This document shows, in pieces, positions 9,591 through 19,257 of a stretch of 48,358 bases of DNA. Position 1 is the stretch's first letter; each line of letters begins with the position of its first letter. Where the stretch lies: positions 1-48,358 of IMG/VR virus record IMGVR_UViG_3300030708_002507; one strand, 5' to 3'. The translations under genes and the position numbers were made by a program. Under the pieces are notes generated by a model. That model worked only from the letters and a program-made list of their open reading frames with translations, searched no databases and was not told the origin of the DNA. The stretch comes from a virus (taxonomy: Duplodnaviria; Caudoviricetes).

Positions 9591-9725
9591 TTATTTTGTT
9601 TTTTGTTGTTTATTTTTATTTGTTTTTTGTATAGGCGAAGATTTATCATCTACAAACATTTGTTTATATTTTTTTGCTTTTTTCTTTTTATCTTCAAGTT
9701 TACGATAATATTCGTTATAACCCAT
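9591..9725 (-). CDS. Small Lys-rich protein, 44 aa (not in ORF track)
   Basis: MGYNEYYRKLEDKKKKAKKYKQMFVDDKSSPIQKTNKNKQQKTK; ATG overlaps the upstream stop (TAATG at 9727-9723). Confidence 0.55.
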   Translation of the reverse strand: MGYNEYYRKLEDKKKKAKKYKQMFVDDKSSPIQKTNKNKQQKTK

Positions 9726-10117
9726 TATACATCAATTCTTTTATATAATTCCAACACTATTCTACGATATCCATCTTGATTTGTTAACAACAAACTGTTT
9801 TTATAATTTTCCCATGCAATAATATATGTTTTATCTAAAACTCCATTATTAACTGTTTTAATTATTTCATTCAATGCATTTACTGTATACAATGTATTTG
9901 TATCTTTCTTTCTATGAATTAAAATTGTATTAGGTGTTTTCTTGTAATCTTCTGATGGATCTACGTTATATGTTACATATACATCATTTGGTTTGTCCGC
10001 GTCATTGAATACAAATATTTTCTTTTCTACAATGGCATAACTTTTCTTAACGTAGTCTACGATAAGGTTTAAATCTTTTCTATGAGCGAATGTACATAAT
10101 AAATTTGTTTTAGCCAT
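9725..10117 (-). CDS. Hypothetical phage protein
   Basis: 130-aa ORF with LLCTF and HRKKDTNTLYTVNALN segments; in operon context. Confidence 0.8.
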   Translation of the reverse strand: MAKTNLLCTFAHRKDLNLIVDYVKKSYAIVEKKIFVFNDADKPNDVYVTYNVDPSEDYKKTPNTILIHRKKDTNTLYTVNALNEIIKTVNNGVLDKTYIIAWENYKNSLLLTNQDGYRRIVLELYKRIDV

Positions 10118-10122
10118 AATTT

Positions 10123-11202
10123 TTATCCAAATATTTTATCGAAGTTTGCTTTTATAGCTCCTCCTGCATTTGATACATTAGCTGCTACCGTATCAATATC
10201 TTTTAATCTATCAAAGTCCATATAATGGAAATATACATCGGTAGGATCGCCTTTTTTAACATTTGCAAGATATCCTCCATCACCTGGCTTTCTTCCTATT
10301 TTATCTAACAACAGCATATTTAATACTCCTGTTGAAATTTCTTCTGGTGTACTTTTTGGCGATAATTTCATAATAGGAACTCGTTGATTAATTAACTCCA
10401 ATACCAACATACATTGATCATATATATTTTTAAATATAGGATATGCAGAAATTAATTCAGGTAATGCTCCTATATTTAAAAATGTAATTAATGATTGAGC
10501 TGCCTCTGATATATTTTTATATGTAAATGATAACTCTGATTTAACTGTTACATTAGATCCTGGCGTAAATGCTTGAGTTAAAGAATCTATACCAAATAAA
10601 TTAATAACAACTTTTTGGCCTTCTTTGAATTCAGACCATCTACCTAATCCTGTTTGTGCAGTATGACTTTTATATGATTTTACCTCAACTCGCTCTCCTC
10701 CAATAATTAAATCTGGTGCATCTCCTCCTCTGCCATCTTCTGTATTAATTGGATTTGCTTGATAATTAAAACACCAATACAATGCAATTTCACCTTTACC
10801 TATAATAGCAGATCCAGCTGTTTCAGGATATAACTTTTCGAATGTTTCTTTATCATCTGGATGAATAGGTAACTTAAACGATTTTCCAGACTGAACTTTA
10901 TATGTTCCGGCCGCGGCTGGAATTGTATCAACACCTAATCTATCTAATATAGCTGTATCATATTCATTTGATGGTCCTTCATTTAATGATCGTTCTTCAA
11001 CTGGTTTTGCATCATTGAATGCTTGATCTAATTGAAAATCATTTTCTTTTAAAGATTTGATAATAGGATAAGCATGTATCTTATTTTCATTAAGGACTTC
11101 TTCTAGTACTTTAAGATCTGCATCGTTGAAAGGTTGTATAGCATAACCATTAGGTAACCTATAGAACCATTCATTCAGTATGTCTGTTATGTTTCTTTGC
11201 AT
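10123..11202 (-). CDS. Putative PD-(D/E)xK nuclease with N-terminal propeptide-like region
   Basis: GKGEIAL...APDLIIGGERVEVKSY matches the E...PD-x-ExK restriction-like catalytic motif. Confidence 0.6.
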   Translation of the reverse strand: MQRNITDILNEWFYRLPNGYAIQPFNDADLKVLEEVLNENKIHAYPIIKSLKENDFQLDQAFNDAKPVEERSLNEGPSNEYDTAILDRLGVDTIPAAAGTYKVQSGKSFKLPIHPDDKETFEKLYPETAGSAIIGKGEIALYWCFNYQANPINTEDGRGGDAPDLIIGGERVEVKSYKSHTAQTGLGRWSEFKEGQKVVINLFGIDSLTQAFTPGSNVTVKSELSFTYKNISEAAQSLITFLNIGALPELISAYPIFKNIYDQCMLVLELINQRVPIMKLSPKSTPEEISTGVLNMLLLDKIGRKPGDGGYLANVKKGDPTDVYFHYMDFDRLKDIDTVAANVSNAGGAIKANFDKIFG

Positions 11203-11206
11203 TTAT

Positions 11207-11215
11207 TATAAATAT
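11207..11215 (-). promoter_or_regulatory. Class B motif 4 nt before ATG
   Basis: ATATTTATA-ATAA-ATG. Confidence 0.55.
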
Positions 11216-11218
11216 ACA

Positions 11219-12565
11219 CTATATGACTTTAGCAGTCATATTTTTCATATCTTGTAAAGTTTTTCCGGCTTTGAGTTTAACAGGAAATTTTCCATTCATC
11301 ATGGTATTTTTGATATCTAATATCAATTGTTTACCATCTTTTATATTGAAATCAAATAACAATGAATCATATGTATATAGAATTAACTTTGTATCATATG
11401 GACCTAACAAAGCATTTACTTCATTTATCATGGCCATATTATATTCAGTTTCCATACTTTGTAAATAATAATTAAACAATTTGTTTGGATTCATTTCTGA
11501 CATTGCAGATGCATACAATCGTCTAGATAATATAGCTGTTTCCATATATCCTTTGGCTTGATATTGTTTCCATAATTTATAAGTAAAATCTTTTACCTTA
11601 CCAAAAAATGTTATTTTTGCAAAGTCTTTATCTATACCACCATATAACAATCTAAACGATATTTGTTTGCTTTGTTCATATTCTTCTTCTGATAATTTAT
11701 CTTTTCCAAAATATTGTTTACCTAAATATGTATGAACATTTTCTTGACCAAAATCATAGTCTATTATATCACCAATCAATCTTAAATGATATGAATCATA
11801 ATCAAATTCTAACAACATACCATATTCATGTCTTGATATAAATGATTCTCTTGAACCATCTTCTTTGTTTATTGCAGCATAATTAACACCACCATATTTG
11901 TTAGAAGGCCTTCCAGTTGTTGTATAAATATTATATTCTGTATATGCCGTTTTACCTACTAAATTATTTGTTTGAAACTTTTCTACAAATTTATCGTAAT
12001 TAACTTTCAATCCATTTCTTTCTATGGCATACAAATTATCTATAAATAATTCATTGTAATAATCAAATGCATCTGATCGTTTAAATGTTTTATATACTTT
12101 CATAAATTTATCTTTCATTGCAGAACATCTTTCATAATGTTTTACAATTGGAACATAATCATTTACATTTGTTTCGTTGTAATACCATTTATTGTACCAG
12201 TCATGTGCTGTAGTATCACATTCTTCTAGTTGTAGCATTTGATTGTTTTGAAAATAAGAAACTAAGTCCGCATCATATGTTTTATGATGATAGAAATTTA
12301 CAAAGCGTTTCTTACCCAAAACATATATATCAGCCTTACTTGTAAGCTTGTTTAAATGTTCGCTTTCGAGGCATATACAGTCCTTATGACGGTATGGGAC
12401 TATGTATTCTTTTTTAGTATCTATTATATAGATATAAACAAAACTTATTGTATTATTAACATAATGTCGATATAAGTCTGAAAATACTGGTGCCCAAAAA
12501 CTGTCTGATGTCTGTAATACTTGATGTAGTTCTTGTAACCTTTTCTTGTCTTCTACAATTTTCAT
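11219..12565 (-). CDS. Divergent family A DNA polymerase-like protein
   Basis: TTTGRPS, motif A EFDYDSYHLR, motif B KQISFRLLYG, NYYLQS and motif C YTYDSLLFD. Confidence 0.8.
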   Translation of the reverse strand: MKIVEDKKRLQELHQVLQTSDSFWAPVFSDLYRHYVNNTISFVYIYIIDTKKEYIVPYRHKDCICLESEHLNKLTSKADIYVLGKKRFVNFYHHKTYDADLVSYFQNNQMLQLEECDTTAHDWYNKWYYNETNVNDYVPIVKHYERCSAMKDKFMKVYKTFKRSDAFDYYNELFIDNLYAIERNGLKVNYDKFVEKFQTNNLVGKTAYTEYNIYTTTGRPSNKYGGVNYAAINKEDGSRESFISRHEYGMLLEFDYDSYHLRLIGDIIDYDFGQENVHTYLGKQYFGKDKLSEEEYEQSKQISFRLLYGGIDKDFAKITFFGKVKDFTYKLWKQYQAKGYMETAILSRRLYASAMSEMNPNKLFNYYLQSMETEYNMAMINEVNALLGPYDTKLILYTYDSLLFDFNIKDGKQLILDIKNTMMNGKFPVKLKAGKTLQDMKNMTAKVI

Positions 12566-12571
12566 TAATTA

Positions 12572-12601
12572 ATTATAATGAATTTTTTTCAAATAACCAA
12601 A
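12572..12601 (-). promoter_or_regulatory. Class A promoter directly before the PolA-like ATG
   Basis: TTTGG-N18-TTATAAT. Confidence 0.55.
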
Positions 12602-12611
12602 TTATTTTAGA

Positions 12612-13493
12612 TTAATATCCGCCGCCTCCGCCGCCTGATGCTCCACCTGAGCTTCCACCTTGGTCTAAAGTTCCAGCTGCTTTCATTTGTGAATATTGTC
12701 CAGATGATAACAATCTTGCATGTTTTATTTTATCGCTATGACGTTTTCCGGCCATTGCTCCTTTATGCGGATGAATATGATAATATCCTATATATGCAGA
12801 ACCATCCATTAATACAAAGTCACCACCTTTAGTATATAAGTTATCTTTTTGTGTTCCTGCTGCATTAGATTTTTTTATTTGACTAAATCTAGAATGTTCT
12901 GTTAAATCGCCTAATGCTTCTGAAAGTCCTGGCATTTCTTGATTTTTTGCAAATACTGTTCTTCTATTTGTATCTTCTATACCATACGCTTTTACATTTG
13001 TTCTTCCATCATCATGAAACTCATCATATCTTGGTCCATCTATTTTCCATCGTAATGATAATCGCTGATATCTAAATCCATCTATATTGTTTGCATCATT
13101 GTCTATAGTATCATCATATTGTGGCATATCAATTTCAAATACAGGTGCACTGACATCATTTTTTAATTTTAAAAAATACCTTAACATGTATCCATTTTTT
13201 AAATCGTTTGGACCTGGTTTAGGTCTTTTTGAAACTGGTGTTTTGAATTCTGCTAAATTTAATGATGTTAGAAAATCATAAAAAAATACGTCTGGTGTTT
13301 TAGCTCCTGATCTCTTAAATGGCATTAATACCATAGAATCGTCTTTAGGAAATGCTCCTGTCATCACCAATTCTCGATTTCCAAAATAATGATATGGTCC
13401 TATATATTCTGTATCGGATGCGTTCATATATTCTCCACCTTTGGTATATTTACCATAGAAACGCTGATTTTTTGGATAATATCTATTTGGCAT
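12612..13493 (-). CDS. Hypothetical, probably baseplate-associated protein with a duplicated YTKGG..YIG.YH module
   Basis: Last gene of the tail/baseplate operon; internal repeat visible in the translation. Confidence 0.6.
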   Translation of the reverse strand: MPNRYYPKNQRFYGKYTKGGEYMNASDTEYIGPYHYFGNRELVMTGAFPKDDSMVLMPFKRSGAKTPDVFFYDFLTSLNLAEFKTPVSKRPKPGPNDLKNGYMLRYFLKLKNDVSAPVFEIDMPQYDDTIDNDANNIDGFRYQRLSLRWKIDGPRYDEFHDDGRTNVKAYGIEDTNRRTVFAKNQEMPGLSEALGDLTEHSRFSQIKKSNAAGTQKDNLYTKGGDFVLMDGSAYIGYYHIHPHKGAMAGKRHSDKIKHARLLSSGQYSQMKAAGTLDQGGSSGGASGGGGGGY

Positions 13494-13494
13494 C

Positions 13495-15552
13495 TTATTG
13501 CTCCATTCTACAAATTGTATCTACTTCAGTGATCCAATCATTAGGTGTTATACTATCTTTTGTTTTAGTAACAGTAAATACAATAGATGGCGAGTCATCA
13601 TAATATCTTGATGGCGCCAAATCTGTTACACATGCGTTACCAAATTGAATACCTGCTATACCATCAAGTGTTGCAGATAATTCTAATGGATATTTATCTT
13701 TTCTAAATGATGCTTTCTCAGATGATGAAAATGTTCCTTCAACATAAGCTTTTAAATTTGATTTTGCAGCTGATATTGTTTCTGAATTATATCCTGTATC
13801 ATGTATAACTTCCATTGAATCTAATAAATCATTTCTTACACCTGCTGCATTTGTTAATGTAGTTATTTTTTCTCCTTTAATAACTTGAACTGTTTCACTC
13901 TTTTTTCCTGATGCTGTTCCTGATCCTCCTACAAATGCGGCCGCGGCCATATCTTTTGGAACCTTACCAGTTAATGATACATTTCTTGCATAATTAGTAA
14001 ATGATCTTGCAGCATTCAATTGTATTTTTCCTTGTTTACCTGCTCGGCCAGGTGCCCAATTTTTGTCAACAACATACATAAATTCATCACCTCCTGCTTC
14101 ACCATATTCTTTAGCTACTTCAGGAGTCATAGATGTTAACGTTAAATCCCATGCACCACCTGAATGGTTGTATATATCTTGGAATATTGCTTGTAAAAAT
14201 TTCATTACACTAATTTTACTTCCTTCTGCTCCCATACCTCCTGCACCTAAATGTGCCCTAAAACAATCTCTTGATATTAATATGTTTGCAAGATAACATT
14301 TATCACCACCTCTAATTACTTTATCAACAGATTTAAATTTTTTACCCCATATTTTTGTTGCACCAAATGTTTGGGCTCCAAATCCTAAACCACCAGTACC
14401 ACCATATGTTTGTTGATATGTTCTATCACCTAACCATAATATTTTCATTGGATTTGCAGAAAATAATCTGTCATATCTTTTTCCTACAGTTACATTATCA
14501 TTGCAAATAAATTGGATTTCTCTTGACTTTGTTGCATTACCTTCAATATTACCTTTTAGCAAATCTTCATTAATTAATTTATTTACGATGTATCCTAATG
14601 TACAATATGCAATATTACCGTTTACCATTCCATCATTTTCTGGTTCTGGACCTGCATTAGGTGCATCACACCCTGCTAATGCAGCATTTGAATAACCTGA
14701 TACTTTTGTAGATGTTCCTCCCCACCTATGTAGATCTGTATGATCATCTAATAAATCTTGAACATCATAATCGAATACATCTGCTATATTTGCAACATCT
14801 TGATATTCGTTTAACCATTCATAATCTGAACAAAATGTTCTTCCTTTATCATCTACTTTAGCCATTGCATTTAATTCTGTTACTAAACTTCCTTTTGCTA
14901 CAGCTTTTATTTCACAATCATATCCTAAATATTCATTTAACTTAAATGAGTAATCATATACAACTCCATTGAATTCTGCATTATTGGCAGGACCTGATTG
15001 TCCTACTCTACCATACTTCATGTTTATTTCTGTACCTGGTATCATAAATTTTTGTTCTAATTCTTCAAATGATGCTTTATCAAATGTTTTTATTTGCAAG
15101 ACGCATTTTTTTAATGACCCATAATCACCAGACATTTCTACATCTAATTTTTGTATAGCTGGTGTTGGTCGTCTAGTTGATGTTGCATATCTTGAATTAA
15201 GATCTGTAGATGATAAAGTAGATAAATTTCCTGTTGCTCGAACAACATTACCAACTACTTTTTGTTTAGTTTCCATTGCTTCACTTTCACGAGATTGTCC
15301 AAAAAGACTATCAGACATACCACCTGTAAAAACATCTGTAAGTTGTCTTCCAGCTTGTCCTAATAAATCTAATGCTGCTTCACCTGTATCAAGATCTTGG
15401 TAATTTTGAACTACAGGTTCTACTCGTCTGGAATTGATAGTTATATAACATCCATTTAACTTTCTACTTTCCATATATCCTGCGTTCTTACGCCTGTTGA
15501 GTTCTTCTATTACAAATGATTGAGCTGTGTTATAAAATACTCCTCCTGCCAT
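13495..15552 (-). CDS. Putative baseplate hub protein
   Basis: Follows the LysM gene. Hub-like layout: FMIPGTEINMKYG, GVVYDYSF, and C-terminal LSATLDGIAGIQFGN...WITEVDT. Confidence 0.55.
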   Translation of the reverse strand: MAGGVFYNTAQSFVIEELNRRKNAGYMESRKLNGCYITINSRRVEPVVQNYQDLDTGEAALDLLGQAGRQLTDVFTGGMSDSLFGQSRESEAMETKQKVVGNVVRATGNLSTLSSTDLNSRYATSTRRPTPAIQKLDVEMSGDYGSLKKCVLQIKTFDKASFEELEQKFMIPGTEINMKYGRVGQSGPANNAEFNGVVYDYSFKLNEYLGYDCEIKAVAKGSLVTELNAMAKVDDKGRTFCSDYEWLNEYQDVANIADVFDYDVQDLLDDHTDLHRWGGTSTKVSGYSNAALAGCDAPNAGPEPENDGMVNGNIAYCTLGYIVNKLINEDLLKGNIEGNATKSREIQFICNDNVTVGKRYDRLFSANPMKILWLGDRTYQQTYGGTGGLGFGAQTFGATKIWGKKFKSVDKVIRGGDKCYLANILISRDCFRAHLGAGGMGAEGSKISVMKFLQAIFQDIYNHSGGAWDLTLTSMTPEVAKEYGEAGGDEFMYVVDKNWAPGRAGKQGKIQLNAARSFTNYARNVSLTGKVPKDMAAAAFVGGSGTASGKKSETVQVIKGEKITTLTNAAGVRNDLLDSMEVIHDTGYNSETISAAKSNLKAYVEGTFSSSEKASFRKDKYPLELSATLDGIAGIQFGNACVTDLAPSRYYDDSPSIVFTVTKTKDSITPNDWITEVDTICRMEQ

Positions 15553-15554
15553 AA

Positions 15555-15860
15555 TTATCTTGATTTTTCTCTACGTTTTAAAACTTCATACCATTCTTGT
15601 CTTGCTGGAATACGAACTCTCATTCCTGGAGGGACATCAAAGTTTCCTTTTCCTAATTTATTAGCTTCTGCTAGTACCCACCACAATGATTCATCTTCAT
15701 AATACTCAAATGCTAGCATATCTAATCTATCTCCTTCCCTACCAATTATGTATATATCCTCAGTAGTAGAATTTATTTTTGGTATTATTGAAGAATTTCT
15801 TCTTTTACGATTTCGTTTTCTATCTAATCGCATTTCTATTACATCTTTATATCTATTCAT
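15555..15860 (-). CDS. LysM-like baseplate wedge protein (P2 gpX / T4 gp53-like)
   Basis: GDRLDMLAFEYYEDESLWWVLAEAN...PGMRVRIP. Confidence 0.8.
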   Translation of the reverse strand: MNRYKDVIEMRLDRKRNRKRRNSSIIPKINSTTEDIYIIGREGDRLDMLAFEYYEDESLWWVLAEANKLGKGNFDVPPGMRVRIPARQEWYEVLKRREKSR

Positions 15861-15870
15861 AATTTATCTC

Positions 15871-18800
15871 CTATCCAAATGGATTCAAGTTATTAAATAT
15901 TTTTTTAGCTCCTCCTGCATACTTTTTAGCATTATCTGAAACTTTACTTGACAATGCATTATCGCCAGACTGGTCACCTGGTAATAGCCAATCTATTGCG
16001 GAATCACCAGCATTAACAATACCTGATCCTATATCACCTAAAATATCTGAGGCCATATTATATGGTTCATCAGGTAATTGAGATGGCGTTCCAGGAGGTA
16101 ATAAATCTTCTACTGCATCAAAAGCACCAGGTAATTGATCTACCATACTATTAGCTTGTGCTGCTATATCTTTACCTGAGAATGGTGCAACATCATAAAA
16201 CTTAGATCCATTTTGTGGTATTTTCTTTCCAATATATGCTAATTCAATTGAAACATTACAATACTTTGGAGCTCTTTTTCCTGAAGTTATTTCCCATGGA
16301 GATTCGTTATCCACATCTACTCCTAATGAAGTTATATAACATGGCATACCTTGATAGATATCTCCTAATGTTAATTCAACAAAATTACCAGTATATCCAT
16401 TACCAACATAATTAGGTGCAGTCCATCCTGCTAATTTATTTACTTTTGTCCACATTGGAATAAGTTCAGATTCTGAACCAGCTGCTAAAGTTAAATCTAA
16501 AGATATTGATCTTGCAAACCCTGTTAATAATATTTTAGGATCTGCTCTACCTATTTCTTTTTCAGTTGCCCATTCAGGATTAAATGAATCTGATATAGAA
16601 TTTATTCCAGCTCTAAAATATACTGCTTCACCTCCGCCTTGTGCTGTAATATAAAATGGAACTAAATCTTCTTTTGAAGGTTTTTGGCCAACTTTTAATT
16701 TTTGTATTGCATCTTCTTGTTGAGCTCCTCCATAACCTAATTGAATTCTACTACGTTGTTGTATTTCAGATGCAACAGATTGAGCTACTGCTCTTCTAAA
16801 TTCTTGAATTCTTCCAGGATTCAATACACCACCATTTTTAGCTGCAGCACGAAGTTCGGTGTAATTCATATAATTATATACTAGCGGTGTTCCTACACCT
16901 GATAATGGTTTTCCTCCTACAGTTTTTACATTACCTGCTTCGTCTGGTCTTGCTTTTTCATTTTTTAATGGATCAAGTTTACTAACAATTTCTGCATCTA
17001 CTTCTTCAATTGTACGAGTTGTTTGGCCGCTAATCGCTGCTTGACCTGCATCTGGACTTGCTCCTACTTTAGGATCAGCTGGTGTAAATTTAGCTCCATA
17101 TGATTTCTCATTATATGTAGGTACTATAGAAGGATCTTTAAGACCATAAATATAAGCTAATATATTGCCTTGATCATCACCTGATTCTAATTGAACATAT
17201 TTTAATTTTAATCCAATATAATCATGAGATGGTCCATCATCTAATTGTTCTCTTGTAATACCAGTAAAGAATTTTAAATCTGGTGTAAAGTAGTTAAATA
17301 TTTTTTCTCCTACTTCTACAGCATTTAATCCTGACTGAGCTGTATTTGCAAGCAGATTTGCTTCTCCTTTTGCATTAACTGGAAAGCCAGGTTCAAAAAC
17401 TCTTTCTGCAGATTTTCTTATTTGCGGAGTATTTGTAGTTGATGCATCTCCTAATTCAGTATCTATTAACTGATACATATTAATTCTATCTGCAGTATCC
17501 CAATCTTGTCCTACAGTCGGAAATGCACGTAATGAGTTAGCTTCATATCCAATGTTTATAATATTTATAAAAGCTGTCGATGGTTCTCTTGTCTGAGGAC
17601 TTTGAGTATTTTCGCCAAGAAATGTATGAATATGTTCAGTAAGTTTTTTGCCATCAACTAATGTACGAACTAAATCTGCTTCTGCTTCGAGCGACGTAAA
17701 TATATTATGCTTAGATCCTCCTTCAGGTTTACCTCTTGGTCCTCCATTTGAATTAGCTATATTATAATATCCTTCTGGATATGTTGCATCTCTATTTTGA
17801 TATACATGATATTTATGAGCATGTTCAAGTAAATCTTTATCTTCTGAATTTTTTGCTCTTTTTTGAGTCTCTTCTGATGCATCGAATGATGATCCAACAA
17901 ATCTTCCGCCTCCAGGATTATCATCAACACCTGATTCTCTAGATCTATTTTGAGCAGGTGAATTACTTTCTAAATATTTTTCTCCAATTGGAAATGTATT
18001 AGTATCTGTATCTGGCGTTCCTTCTATAATAGATTTACCATCATCTCCTATCAATCCTGTTTGAGTATCAACTTTTATTCTATTAATAGTTTCTTCATCT
18101 TCAGTTGCTGATAATACAGGTCCTGCAGGTCCTTCTACATCAATATAATTTTCATCTGGTGTATATTTTTCTTGTACATTTATTAATCCATAACCACCTG
18201 ATTCTGCATCTCTATTTGGTACATTTGCAGTAGATGGATATCCATCTTGTTGTTTTGGTTTATATGTTTTTTCTATTGAATTTCCTGGTGCCGATGTTCC
18301 TTCTAATGTACTTGGTTTCCCTGGTGTTTCAGTTGATTCATATTTACTTACATTGCTATAATGTATGCCCCAAAAAGCTTTACCTTGATGAGGACCTCCT
18401 TGTTCTTTTAATACATTACCAGTTGTTACCGTTCTTCTTATATTAGTAAATCCAATACCATATACTGATGATGGTCCTCCTATACCCGATAATTCTTTAA
18501 TAGAAGCTCCATCAAAACCAGAAATTGCATTTGATATAGGAGCTGCAAAATTACTAATACCTTGAACTATTCTACCAAATAAATCAGTTGGTTCTGTTTG
18601 ATCAAGTGCACTTGGTTCACCATTTCCAAATAATTCAATTTTTAATCTTGCAAGACGATTTGATTTAACTGAGTCAGCATCATCTTGTAAAAATTGTTTT
18701 TGAACTTCTTCATATCTTCCTGCAACCTGTGAACCACCATGCCTTCTTTTATGAATGCCTTCTGGTGCAGTTATAAAGTTTTTTGCAAATTCTACTGGAT

Positions 18801-19257
18801 TAAATGATTTGGTAGGTCGTATTGTTAATGTACTTTCTACATTTGGATTAGATGACTGAAGACCTGTTTGTTTAAGATTCCATATCAATCCTTTTGGTGA
18901 TATTAAAAACTTACCCATACGAACAGCATCTTCAGCTAATCGAGCAGCAAATGCAACTAATCCTCCTCTTACTAACATGTTCTGCGGAGATGTTCTTCCA
19001 CCAGGTCCATAAAATTGAGCATCTCCATCTCTTCTTTGGATACCTCTAATAATAAATGGTTGATCTGTAGCTCTACCAAATGATAATCTATTTATATTTG
19101 GAGCATCGTATATTAAGAATTTATTATATTGTTCTCGTATTTCTCCTTCTTGATAAGATGTAATTTTATTTTGAATACTTTCTTGTGGAAATTTACCTGG
19201 AGCATCAGCTGATGTTCCAACCCATTGTAAATTTGATGTCATTCTAACTAATGCCAT
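15871..19257 (-). CDS. Large tail/baseplate protein with a C-terminal tube-initiator-like domain
   Basis: Lies between the tape measure and LysM genes. C-terminal FRAGINSISDSFNPEW..IGRADP..GFARSISL..LTLGD..ITSL..PWEI resembles tube-fold initiators. Confidence 0.55.
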   Translation of the reverse strand: MALVRMTSNLQWVGTSADAPGKFPQESIQNKITSYQEGEIREQYNKFLIYDAPNINRLSFGRATDQPFIIRGIQRRDGDAQFYGPGGRTSPQNMLVRGGLVAFAARLAEDAVRMGKFLISPKGLIWNLKQTGLQSSNPNVESTLTIRPTKSFNPVEFAKNFITAPEGIHKRRHGGSQVAGRYEEVQKQFLQDDADSVKSNRLARLKIELFGNGEPSALDQTEPTDLFGRIVQGISNFAAPISNAISGFDGASIKELSGIGGPSSVYGIGFTNIRRTVTTGNVLKEQGGPHQGKAFWGIHYSNVSKYESTETPGKPSTLEGTSAPGNSIEKTYKPKQQDGYPSTANVPNRDAESGGYGLINVQEKYTPDENYIDVEGPAGPVLSATEDEETINRIKVDTQTGLIGDDGKSIIEGTPDTDTNTFPIGEKYLESNSPAQNRSRESGVDDNPGGGRFVGSSFDASEETQKRAKNSEDKDLLEHAHKYHVYQNRDATYPEGYYNIANSNGGPRGKPEGGSKHNIFTSLEAEADLVRTLVDGKKLTEHIHTFLGENTQSPQTREPSTAFINIINIGYEANSLRAFPTVGQDWDTADRINMYQLIDTELGDASTTNTPQIRKSAERVFEPGFPVNAKGEANLLANTAQSGLNAVEVGEKIFNYFTPDLKFFTGITREQLDDGPSHDYIGLKLKYVQLESGDDQGNILAYIYGLKDPSIVPTYNEKSYGAKFTPADPKVGASPDAGQAAISGQTTRTIEEVDAEIVSKLDPLKNEKARPDEAGNVKTVGGKPLSGVGTPLVYNYMNYTELRAAAKNGGVLNPGRIQEFRRAVAQSVASEIQQRSRIQLGYGGAQQEDAIQKLKVGQKPSKEDLVPFYITAQGGGEAVYFRAGINSISDSFNPEWATEKEIGRADPKILLTGFARSISLDLTLAAGSESELIPMWTKVNKLAGWTAPNYVGNGYTGNFVELTLGDIYQGMPCYITSLGVDVDNESPWEITSGKRAPKYCNVSIELAYIGKKIPQNGSKFYDVAPFSGKDIAAQANSMVDQLPGAFDAVEDLLPPGTPSQLPDEPYNMASDILGDIGSGIVNAGDSAIDWLLPGDQSGDNALSSKVSDNAKKYAGGAKKIFNNLNPFG

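Noticed and set aside
9427-9724. AT-rich gap upstream of SSB as a replication origin
   Set aside because: It is largely explained by a 44-aa ORF and two promoter motifs, and no iterons are visible.
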